IMG/VR virus record: IMGVR_UViG_3300009514_000435
Span: 2,497 to 66,496 of that record
Source of the DNA: a virus
Direction: 5' to 3' (one strand)
DNA: 64,000 bases
The notes under the pieces are model-generated. The model did no database searches. It was not told where the DNA came from and saw only the letters and a list, made by a program, of their open reading frames with translations. Positions 57,301 through 64,000 of the stretch are shown here, one piece after another (the first letter of the stretch is position 1; the number at the start of each line of letters is the position of its first letter). A program made the translations under genes and the position numbers.

Positions 57301-58310
57301 AAACTACCATCAGAATCTGTTCCACCTTCATCCCTTTCCAATGTAACACTAGATGTGCTTAATGAAGAATGGTTAATAGTAACCGCCATTTCTCCAAAAT
57401 CATCATCCGCTTGATTAGCTCCCCAAAAAAACCTTGTCATTGAATGAGAAACACCAACAGTGTAATCTATATTTACATTAGGATCTAATGTATAATCATC
57501 AGAAGTAGAACCACCCGTAAAACTTTGGGCATCAAAATGTTGAACTAAAATATCATCACTTCTAAATTCTATGATTTGAAATGTAGCCGTTAAAGAAACA
57601 CCAGTTGCACTTCTCCTTTCCATTGTAAAGGTTTCATTATCAAGAAAATAAGCAGTATATATATCATCACCGTTTACATTGTTTGAGGTTTCGCAACTAC
57701 CAACAATGACAGCTTGAGTATAATCCTTCAAAGGGGTAGCTAGAGTTCTATTTAAATCCCCATCATTGGTAGCAACAATAACATCGTGTTGCTGAACAAA
57801 AGCATGTTCATTCCAATCTATAACTTGATAGTTTCTTGTTCCAGACCACCCACTACCTGTACTAACTTCTAGTGAAGTTGAAGAATCTAATTTGATTCTA
57901 GTCATGTCATCTGAACCAAAAGCTCCACCATTATTGTAATAATTAGTTTCAACATGTGTTGCTGAAGTATTAACAGTAGAAATAGTTATAGACGAATCTG
58001 TAGATTCAAAAGTCCCATGTTGAACTTCAATACCCGATTCGACAGAAAATTCCACAACAGCCCATTCAACTTCTGCCGTTGAATCACTATCATAATTACT
58101 AATTTGAAGATTTGTAGATGAGGTTAAAGTATATTTTATTAAACCAACACCAGGGGCACCAGAACCTGTTTTAACTGTACAAATCAACCAAGCTCTTGAA
58201 GAATTAACAGGATTAATAGTAACATTAGTGGGATCGGGAGAACCACCACCGCCTGTACTTAATGATACTGTACCGCTTTGTATATTTTTAACTATTGGTA
58301 TTAATGCCAT
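54315..58310 (-). CDS. Virion protein: beta-rich N-terminal domains, DUF2341 + LamG, 21-aa repeats, C-terminal gp25-like domain
   Basis: DGGGDIRVT, LWVK, TLEAWI, WYHVAFT, FDGRIDEVRISN; C-terminus SIENILSTIRGERLFSPFFGS..WEDRI. Confidence 0.8.
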   Translation of the reverse strand: MALIPIVKNIQSGTVSLSTGGGGSPDPTNVTINPVNSSRAWLICTVKTGSGAPGVGLIKYTLTSSTNLQISNYDSDSTAEVEWAVVEFSVESGIEVQHGTFESTDSSITISTVNTSATHVETNYYNNGGAFGSDDMTRIKLDSSTSLEVSTGSGWSGTRNYQVIDWNEHAFVQQHDVIVATNDGDLNRTLATPLKDYTQAVIVGSCETSNNVNGDDIYTAYFLDNETFTMERRSATGVSLTATFQIIEFRSDDILVQHFDAQSFTGGSTSDDYTLDPNVNIDYTVGVSHSMTRFFWGANQADDDFGEMAVTINHSSLSTSSVTLERDEGGTDSDGSFSIIEFNRISKIRHDYSGLIGDGSVTSVSFDFELGEQPNRVLFASILKEDATSTTSADYNVYFDGVEMHLIEFADEGANDLGLYYLLDSELPSSSGTYEVSATCTASLADFWLGATSIYNVKQVKPYDPTTNTKITSDFIQTIDNTTSADDSWLYTTVANGDTDAEVYSANSVFQRMRFNGVTSGSRSSNIQGFTRQVDDESTLNDRYDSDGSSLNRLLQITVNVEPFTSVFPDDWNKKVNIESVGTYVDSNLSDFPSLITNSEVSASDFWEYVQDGGGDIRVTTDSSGSNPVPIEVVTCDTSTSALELWVKTDLSASGGNNLYIWYDTSATISQPDVTATSGSDAVWDDNFKLVQHLGSSLLDSTSANNDGENFSSDLSASQIGDGRIISATNTYIEVDDHDSLNITNNLTLEAWINAESYDSTNWNDIAEKGNYWLYVDDGCLGVYLDTDSGVYDDCPNTSASMSVGNWYHVAFTFVSGTITTYINGTQNGTASSGSTIDDTTGNQFRIGVSTSDEENFDGRIDEVRISNTGRSLEWLKATYYNGLASSNIWEPVSEGSTGTGSLTIPVPTLSGDGLVGRTGVGDLVIPVPTLSGVGQLGHTGTGSLTVPIPILSGIGQLGHTGTGGLVIPIPILSGVGTVGSDGTGSLTLPIPTLSGVGTVGSDGTGDLVIPIPTLSGVGTVGSDGTGDLVIPIPILSGVGQLGHTGTGDLVIPVPILSGVGTVGSDGTGSLTLPIPTLSGIGQLGHTGTGSLTVPIPILSGIGQLGHTGTGDLVIPIPTLSGVGTVGSDGTGSLTVPIPILSGDGLVGRTGVGGLVIPVPTLFGVGTVIQSISGTGTLVLPIFTVNGIADNENFIDTTQALINAKRKTERIDSYAYDLDKNTLSVGEIFDDKAINISIENILSTIRGERLFSPFFGSDLPLVVFDTLDIESANRLLDQLLRAIELWEDRISVITSQIKLDIRTDDNSLTLVLPYVINRSGLVVTFSRVIIL
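54745..55616. repeat. 63-bp (21-aa) coding tandem repeat, 13 full copies plus 1 degenerate
   Basis: GTG[S/D]L[T/V][I/L/V]P[I/V]P[T/I]LSG[V/I]G[TVGSD/QLGHT/LVGRT]. Confidence 0.92.
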
Positions 58311-58314
58311 ATTG

Positions 58315-58911
58315 TTATTCTATTAAAATTTGTACCCTATTTTTAATTTTTAATCTATTGATTCTATCCGTAAAACGATATGATGGTAAAAACCACTCAC
58401 TTACATAATTCCTGTTTACATTTGTTGTAGCTACCCCGTTTGTAAAAGATAAATTTAATAGAAAATGTTGTTTATCATCCGCAGATGTTCCTATAATATC
58501 AACATCAAAAACACTTGTAAAATCAGAATCTAAAGTAATACCATCACTATCATATATAGTCCATGTCAACACCGCAGTGTCCTCACCATCGGCAGAAACG
58601 GAACTAGTATCGGCAGAAACATCTAATTGCTTCCATGTATCATAATCTGAAAAATCCACACCAGATATACCGCTAGTTGGAGTCCACTTTAAAGAAAAAA
58701 TAGCATCTTCTTTAAATATTCTGTTAGTAGCAGAAGTAACTTCATTTCCAAAATTAAGAATAGCATAATCTTCATTTACACCACCATATATTGAAACCAT
58801 ATTCTTAATAATAGCTTCCGATGTTGGTTGGTTTTTTGTATATATAGTAGAACCTTTTTCAACAATTTCTGCTGATGTCCCTATATTATTTACTGAACCT
58901 ATTATATACAT
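58315..58911 (-). CDS. Hypothetical virion protein, paralogue of the upstream ORF
   Basis: Start reassigned to MYIIG (58911) by analogy with the paralogue start MYIVG; shared LKWTP...SG.DF..Y..W...VSAD. Confidence 0.6.
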   Translation of the reverse strand: MYIIGSVNNIGTSAEIVEKGSTIYTKNQPTSEAIIKNMVSIYGGVNEDYAILNFGNEVTSATNRIFKEDAIFSLKWTPTSGISGVDFSDYDTWKQLDVSADTSSVSADGEDTAVLTWTIYDSDGITLDSDFTSVFDVDIIGTSADDKQHFLLNLSFTNGVATTNVNRNYVSEWFLPSYRFTDRINRLKIKNRVQILIE

Positions 58912-58912
58912 C

Positions 58913-59536
58913 TCATCTACCCCCACCTTGACTTTTTTGTTTTGGTGGATCTGAAAAAACAATCCTAACTTTTAATTTTATTTGTGTATCTACTCTTAAC
59001 ATATTTTTTCTATCTGTCCACATTTTATATGGAAATAAGTAAGTACCAGATTCTACTGGTGTGAATGATAATGAACCCACACCAGATGTAAACATTACAC
59101 TTTCAGATATTATTTTATTTCTACCTTTTAAATACTCGAAATTAATAGTTGAATTAAAATTAGTATCCACTGCTTGTTTGTTTTTAATTAAAACTTGTAA
59201 AGTAATATTTGCAGTTTCATTAGGATCTAAAACATATTTATCAGCACTCACACCTATAAAACCCCAATTTTCATATTCAGTAAAATCAATGCCCGAAACA
59301 TTGTTTTCAGGTGTCCATTTTAATTTATAAAAAGCATCCCGTTCTATTATCTTTTCATATGTTTCTGATTTTTCATTAATAAAAAAAACAGCATAATCGG
59401 TAACATTTCCACCAAATTTTAAAACTGTATTTTTTAAAATAATATCTTCAGACGGATCACCTGTTAAATAATATCCAGATTGATATAAAACTTCATCTTC
59501 TTGGCCTTGTTTATTTTTAACACCAACTATATACAT
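58913..59536 (-). CDS. Hypothetical virion protein with Ig-like C-terminus, paralogue of the downstream ORF
   Basis: MYIVG...GG...DYA...LKWTPENNVSGIDF..Y..W...VSAD. Confidence 0.6.
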   Translation of the reverse strand: MYIVGVKNKQGQEDEVLYQSGYYLTGDPSEDIILKNTVLKFGGNVTDYAVFFINEKSETYEKIIERDAFYKLKWTPENNVSGIDFTEYENWGFIGVSADKYVLDPNETANITLQVLIKNKQAVDTNFNSTINFEYLKGRNKIISESVMFTSGVGSLSFTPVESGTYLFPYKMWTDRKNMLRVDTQIKLKVRIVFSDPPKQKSQGGGR

Positions 59537-59663
59537 ATTTCAATAATCCCCAATTAATAAAAGCCGATAAAACATTATCAGCTTCATATTTTTCGATTAA
59601 ATATTTTTCGATTAAAAAACTTATTAACATTTTCTTTCTCCTTTATATCAAGTATTTATGATA

Positions 59664-59702
59664 TAAAAAAGGGCGTTTAACACATTATGATAAACACCCC
59701 TC
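59664..59702 (-). terminator. Probable rho-independent terminator
   Basis: GGGTGTTTA...TAAACGCCC hairpin followed by TTTTTT. Confidence 0.6.
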
Positions 59703-59721
59703 AATTGTGTTAAAAAGAAAG

Positions 59722-59847
59722 TTAATTGGTCTTTTTTACTTCTTTATTTTCAGCCTTCGCTTCTTTTTTAGTCACCACACCAACTCCTTTAATTTCAACC
59801 TTAATTATATCACTAAAACTAAGCGGTTTTTTCACTTGATCATTCAT
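59722..59847 (-). CDS. Small basic hypothetical protein (41 aa)
   Basis: AAGGAG RBS; MNDQVKKPLSFSDIIKVEIKGVGVVTKKEAKAENKEVKKTN*; followed by a terminator. Confidence 0.45.
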   Translation of the reverse strand: MNDQVKKPLSFSDIIKVEIKGVGVVTKKEAKAENKEVKKTN

Positions 59848-59870
59848 AATAAACTCCTTTCATTTAAAGG

Positions 59871-60248
59871 TTAAGATGCTGGTACTGTTACAGTAAGAGA
59901 AGTCACAGCAACACTATCACCCGTATTGATTGATGTAGTATTGAAATTAATATCTCCACCAGAAGCACTTACTGTTCCTGATAGTACAACTTCATCGTTC
60001 CCTGCTTTGATTCTAAAGGCTCCTGCGGTTCCAGTAGCATTCGCACTAGTATCCGAAGTGATTGAGTTTGCAGTAGATACACCTGTAGAAGAAGAACCAA
60101 AAGCAGTTGCACTAAAAGTCAATTCTGCTAATAATGTTCCGAATCCATCTGTGTAAAAATCCAATTTACCTGTACCCGCAGTGTCGATCATATCAACCAA
60201 AGCATTGTTTATTGTATCTCTTGCAGATGTTGCTAAAATTAATCCCAT
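59871..60248 (-). CDS. Small beta-sandwich virion fibre/decoration subunit
   Basis: G.L.FYT...TLLAELTFS..AFG, ANATGTAGAFRI, GTV..SGGDINF.TTSI.TGD.V.VTSLT.T.P; own late promoter. Confidence 0.65.
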   Translation of the reverse strand: MGLILATSARDTINNALVDMIDTAGTGKLDFYTDGFGTLLAELTFSATAFGSSSTGVSTANSITSDTSANATGTAGAFRIKAGNDEVVLSGTVSASGGDINFNTTSINTGDSVAVTSLTVTVPAS

Positions 60249-60301
60249 AATAGTTTCCTCTTGTTAAATTATCTATTTTTCAAATATCTATGTTACACTT
60301 A

Positions 60302-60309
60302 TATTTATA
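60302..60309 (-). promoter_or_regulatory. T4-type late promoter TATAAATA
   Basis: Exact motif, intergenic. Confidence 0.75.
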
Positions 60310-60324
60310 ATTCCAAAGTTCAAG

Positions 60325-61083
60325 TTATTCTATAAAATAGATTGGGCCTTCTGATTCTGCTATAATATCATCCATTACCTTCTCTTTTTCAGCCTGTCCA
60401 TCTTGTAAAATTCTTGCACCATTCATTGTGGCTCCACTTGGTAAAGTCATAGTGTATTTGTCCAAATTTGTACCCCATTGTATCTTAGCTTCTGCTACAG
60501 CCAATCTTTTCACCATTCTATGATTGTACAAGTCAGTTGCTTTGTTTTTCTTATAACACAACATAAGACCAACTCCTGTTGTTTTAGGGGTAGGCCAAAT
60601 TAATATTTCCTGTCGGGCATCCGAAAATTGAGCATGATATTTCAAACCAAAAGTATCTTTAATATCATTCAAATATTGAACGGCAACTTCATAACCCGCC
60701 AAAACCATTCCCGAATTTTCATTATAAGACCCACCTGGCCCTCCTGGGTATCCTCCTCTAATTACCCAATCTTCATATAATAACATATGTGTTGGGGAAA
60801 AAAGAACATTGATACCATTCGGATCTGAGAATGACAAATCCATATCCAAGACACCCGCTAAATCCAAATTAGATACATCATATGCAGATGTGCCAGATAT
60901 GACAGGAAAAGCCAAAACATCTTGATAGTTACCTTCTCCTGTAGATAAGTCCTGAAACACCTGTACGGCATCTTCTATGCATTGTTGAAGCTGATCTGTG
61001 GATACTTCTACCTGAATTACAGGGTTACCTAGTTTTCGGAGACAATATTGTTCCATCTGTCCAAGTGATGTTATTCTACTCAT
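60325..61083 (-). CDS. Neck protein gp13-like
   Basis: YCLRKLGNPVIQVEV..DQL..CIEDA, K.QWG.NL.KY...LPSG.TMNG. Confidence 0.92.
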   Translation of the reverse strand: MSRITSLGQMEQYCLRKLGNPVIQVEVSTDQLQQCIEDAVQVFQDLSTGEGNYQDVLAFPVISGTSAYDVSNLDLAGVLDMDLSFSDPNGINVLFSPTHMLLYEDWVIRGGYPGGPGGSYNENSGMVLAGYEVAVQYLNDIKDTFGLKYHAQFSDARQEILIWPTPKTTGVGLMLCYKKNKATDLYNHRMVKRLAVAEAKIQWGTNLDKYTMTLPSGATMNGARILQDGQAEKEKVMDDIIAESEGPIYFIE

Positions 61084-61133
61084 TTTTTCCCCTATAATAT
61101 ATAAAACGACAAAGCTATACTCTTTTTAGACAA

Positions 61134-61382
61134 TTAATGTTTTTGTTCTAAAAGTAAATTGATATTATCTTGTGGGGTTTCCACTAGTTTTTTATCGGTG
61201 TGAGGGTCGATTTCGGTCAACAATTGAGTTTCCCCGCCATCTGTCCATGTTGTAACACCTTCTGGTAACATCCCTAAACCAACTTCATCCACTTCCAAAA
61301 TCTGGAAAGGAGCCATTGTAATTAAACCAGTACCGATTTGAATTTTTGTAGGAATATTATTCGTATTTTTAATTTTAATCAT
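61134..61382 (-). CDS. Small hypothetical protein following the capsid gene
   Basis: GAGG RBS; contains LLTE and LLLE motifs. Confidence 0.55.
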   Translation of the reverse strand: MIKIKNTNNIPTKIQIGTGLITMAPFQILEVDEVGLGMLPEGVTTWTDGGETQLLTEIDPHTDKKLVETPQDNINLLLEQKH

Positions 61383-61615
61383 AGTTTTTTCCTCTTTTTG
61401 CGAATCAAAAAATGTCCAACCTGCCAGATGATAAGATTAATATTTTGTATATCATCGGGTTCAAAAGAATAATCAATTTTTCCCATAGCCTTGCTTTATT
61501 CTAAATTTTGAAGCATCTTTTCGGCTATTAAAATGAAGAAATCTCCGTTTAATGATTATTCTGCATTATAAAAATATTGGCAAAGTTTTCTGATTTCGCC
61601 TATGTTTCCTACTTG

Positions 61616-61623
61616 TATTTATA
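61616..61623 (-). promoter_or_regulatory. T4-type late promoter TATAAATA
   Basis: Exact motif just past the capsid terminator. Confidence 0.7.
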
Positions 61624-61631
61624 AAACCAAC

Positions 61632-61665
61632 AAAAAAAGGAGAGGTATTTCTACCTCTCCCCTTT
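61632..61665 (-). terminator. Rho-independent terminator after the major capsid gene
   Basis: GGAGAGGTA-GAAA-TACCTCTCC followed by TTTTTTT. Confidence 0.85.
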
Positions 61666-61686
61666 ATTTTTTGGCTCAATTATTGA

Positions 61687-62886
61687 TTAGAATAATTGTG
61701 ATACATTATCATTGCTCCATTTTGTGTAGTACCTTGAAGCACCAAGCAAAGATGAAGTAATAGCGTACCTGGACATAACCCCTATTCTTGGAGTAAAATC
61801 CTCTTGTGCCATTGCTCTGTTAAACAGACCAGTAATATATGGTGAATAAATGATACCTGCATCACCAACACCTGCTCCTTTAAAACCTGCAAGGATTTGG
61901 TCGTTTGTGTTATAAGTATCTCTAAACACTTTGATACTACCGTTAAGAGAACCAATTTCTGCATAAGTGTTTGAAGGATTGACTGCTTGTTTGTTGGCAG
62001 TGAATCTTCCACCTTCAAGAGATTGTAATGCTGTAGCAACTGATGTAGAAACAACTACGAAGTTACCTGCACCTCTTCTTGTTCTGGAAGCGATATCGTT
62101 ACATTCTTTAACGATTCTGTTTGCCATCTGAGCGATTCTTTCTTGAGTCCATCTACCATCAGTAGCAGACACATCAAAAGTGGTAGTAGAAGTAGCAACT
62201 GATTTACAGTTAGCTAAAAGTTCTCTATCCATTTCCGCTTGGATTTCATACTGAAGAACATTTACCATTTCTCTTTCAATATCAACACCATGCATCGCTT
62301 TGATATCTTGTGCTGATTCTAGAGAGAAAGAAGCTCCCAGTTTTCTTGTCTTAGCTTCAATCGCAACTTTGTCAATCTTCATTTGCAATTCAGGGTAATT
62401 TGTACCCAATAAGAAGGCTTCACCTGCTGAAGTGTCTACACCTGTTCCTGCATCTGCTGTACCAGAAGTACCAGAAGTTGAACCTGTGAATCCTGAGTAT
62501 TCAGGAACTACATCAAATGATGCTTCATTGCTATCTGCACTATCTTTGTATACAAATCTCAAGGCATATGCGAGTCCAACGGGGCCAGACATTGCCTGTA
62601 CGCCAACAATTTTGTTTGCGAACAGATCAGGGAAAGTTCTTCTTACCAATGCTAAAGAGATCGGTGAAAAAGCCCCATCCAAACCTGCATGAGTTTGAGA
62701 AGTAGTAGTTGTAACTGAACCTTGACTTGCTTCAAAAAGTTTTTCTTTTTTGATTTCATACTCTTGGTTTTCCAAAAGTACAGCAAGGTTTTCTTTAACG
62801 AATTGATCTTTTTCTTCAGAGATATTAAGTTTACCCTTAACATTACTCCACTTTTCGACCAACTGTTCTACTCTATTTTTTTCCAT
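61687..62886 (-). CDS. Major capsid protein gp23-like (compact, 399 aa)
   Basis: LVEKW, LLENQ, LVRR.FP.L.A..IVGVQAMSGPVGL, AKTRKL, QDIKAMHG.D.E, EI.AE.DRE, TRRGAGN, YSPY, F.PRIG.MSRY. Confidence 0.96.
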   Translation of the reverse strand: MEKNRVEQLVEKWSNVKGKLNISEEKDQFVKENLAVLLENQEYEIKKEKLFEASQGSVTTTTSQTHAGLDGAFSPISLALVRRTFPDLFANKIVGVQAMSGPVGLAYALRFVYKDSADSNEASFDVVPEYSGFTGSTSGTSGTADAGTGVDTSAGEAFLLGTNYPELQMKIDKVAIEAKTRKLGASFSLESAQDIKAMHGVDIEREMVNVLQYEIQAEMDRELLANCKSVATSTTTFDVSATDGRWTQERIAQMANRIVKECNDIASRTRRGAGNFVVVSTSVATALQSLEGGRFTANKQAVNPSNTYAEIGSLNGSIKVFRDTYNTNDQILAGFKGAGVGDAGIIYSPYITGLFNRAMAQEDFTPRIGVMSRYAITSSLLGASRYYTKWSNDNVSQLF

Positions 62887-62927
62887 TATTAATCCTCCTA
62901 ATGATTACATAACTTATTGCTTATTAA

Positions 62928-62935
62928 TATTTATA
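62928..62935 (-). promoter_or_regulatory. T4-type late promoter TATAAATA
   Basis: Exact motif upstream of the capsid gene (GGAGG RBS follows). Confidence 0.8.
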
Positions 62936-62940
62936 AAAGA

Positions 62941-63768
62941 TTAAAGATAATTTTCTACCGAATCCATTATTGACTTCATTCCATCTTCTGGTTCATCATC
63001 TTCGGTGATAACTTTCTTTTCTTCTTCTTCTTTTTTATTCTCATTGATCGCTTCTTTAGCATCCCCACTTTCATTATCTGAAAGGTTAGGATCGGCATCT
63101 TCATTGATTGATTCTTTGTCATCAGAAGAATCCGCTACCATTTCTACAATAGCAGTGATTTTTTCCTGTACTTCATCAAAAGATTTGCCTTCGCAAAGTG
63201 CATTTACTCTTTCGATTTGAGTATCTGTCAAATCTCTAGTAGATTCTGCAACCAAGGCTCTTGTTGAACCAAGTTCAGCAAGTTCTGAAAGTTCGATTTT
63301 ATCAGCCAAAAGTGAAGAATTTTCTTCTTTAAGCTGTCTAATTTCTTCTTTTGCTTCAGCAACAAGTTTTTCACCATCAGTATCAAGAGCAACATACTTT
63401 TCTTCAAAAAGTCCTTTGATTCCTTCAACTAAGGGTTCCAATGTTTCATTTATTGCGATTTTTGTAAGAGTTTCATCGGAAATTTGTTCGGTAATAACAG
63501 AATCCAAGAATCTGTCCAATTTATCGACCATTTTTTCTTCCAATTCTTCCATCTTCAAATCATAAGATTCAATAAGAGCCTCTTTTTCTTCAGATAACTT
63601 TTTGGCAATTTCTTGTTCGCAGAATTCTTCTGCTTTTTCTTCCAAATAAGTTGTCTTTTCTTCGACTCTTAAAGAAACTTGTTCTTCGATTGTTTGTTTG
63701 ACACCATCTTCAAAAATTTTCAAATCTTCTTCTGACAGTACCTCTTTTAATTTTTCAGTAATCTTCAT
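62941..63768 (-). CDS. Prohead core scaffold protein gp22-like
   Basis: Acidic coiled coil; LSEE...IFE, LD.FLD.V, GIKGLF.E.YV, LTDTQ.ERV..L.EG; many [I/L]xE sites; directly before gp23. Confidence 0.85.
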   Translation of the reverse strand: MKITEKLKEVLSEEDLKIFEDGVKQTIEEQVSLRVEEKTTYLEEKAEEFCEQEIAKKLSEEKEALIESYDLKMEELEEKMVDKLDRFLDSVITEQISDETLTKIAINETLEPLVEGIKGLFEEKYVALDTDGEKLVAEAKEEIRQLKEENSSLLADKIELSELAELGSTRALVAESTRDLTDTQIERVNALCEGKSFDEVQEKITAIVEMVADSSDDKESINEDADPNLSDNESGDAKEAINENKKEEEEKKVITEDDEPEDGMKSIMDSVENYL

Positions 63769-63819
63769 TTTCTATTTCCTCCCGAAAATCAATTAAAACT
63801 AGATTTATAGTTCTATTAA

Positions 63820-63827
63820 TATTTATA
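63820..63827 (-). promoter_or_regulatory. T4-type late promoter TATAAATA
   Basis: Exact motif upstream of gp22. Confidence 0.75.
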
Positions 63828-63877
63828 GAAAAGAAATTCTAAAAATTTCCATTTTGGAGGTTTGGGGTGGCTAGATG

Positions 63878-64000
63878 TTACATCATACCTAGAATGAAGT
63901 CTCTAGGCTTGATATTGTCGGGTACTTCATCCAAAATCTCTTTGGCATCTTCACCCTCTATTACAAAGGTTTCATTGTTATCTGTAATAGAAATAGTCAA
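63878..64000 (-). CDS. 3' end of a hypothetical protein entering from the right edge
   Basis: Open frame ...LTISITDNNETFVIEGEDAKEILDEVPDNIKPRDFILGMM*. Confidence 0.45.
   Translation of the reverse strand: MTISITDNNETFVIEGEDAKEILDEVPDNIKPRDFILGMM

Noticed and set aside
59517-59630. 37-codon ORF (MLISFLIEKYLIEKY...) with AAGGAG and a 15-bp tandem duplication at 59586-59615
   Set aside because: Too short, overlaps the next gene start out of frame and has no recognisable motif; cannot be supported
30-63220. Numerous plus-strand ORFs in the track (e.g. 30-224, 37985-39262, 42274-42744, 47622-48155)
   Set aside because: Antisense shadows of well-supported minus-strand genes, with no RBS or recognisable motifs; only 32113-33111 is retained
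1-64000. Stop-codon reassignment as in some large phages
   Set aside because: Conserved genes are full length in code 11, and TAG, TGA and TAA all end genes at expected positions
1-64000. tRNA, rRNA or structured ncRNA genes
   Set aside because: Intergenic gaps are short and AT-rich; no cloverleaf or T-loop signature noticed by eye (a covariance-model scan would be decisive)

Overview
AT-rich, almost entirely minus-strand segment of a large, distantly T4-like myophage genome (standard code; about 20 TATAAATA late promoters). Read right to left it encodes: scaffold (gp22), major capsid (gp23), neck and tail-terminator proteins (gp13/14/15), two very large DUF2341/LamG-repeat-gp25 fusion proteins, terminase (gp16/17), an HNH endonuclease, sheath, tube, baseplate, tape measure and fibre genes. 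Next comes a contiguous 22-gene, about 17.5 kb sugar-synthesis and transfer operon (nonulosonate NeuA/NeuB with a Maf/sialyltransferase-like enzyme, GDP-colitose ColD/ColC with a GT10, other GTs, two sulfotransferases, methyltransferases, a B12 radical SAM). It is followed by gp3, regA, a gp68-like core gene and proteins carrying a T4-type capsid-targeting N-terminus, one of them an HEXXH metalloprotease missing from the ORF track. Best candidate for a new system: phage-encoded virion glycosylation, with a [T/L/V/I]-S-A motif strongly enriched in surface-exposed virion proteins as the putative acceptor site. All family calls come from motif recognition by eye; no database searches were run and counts are hand counts.
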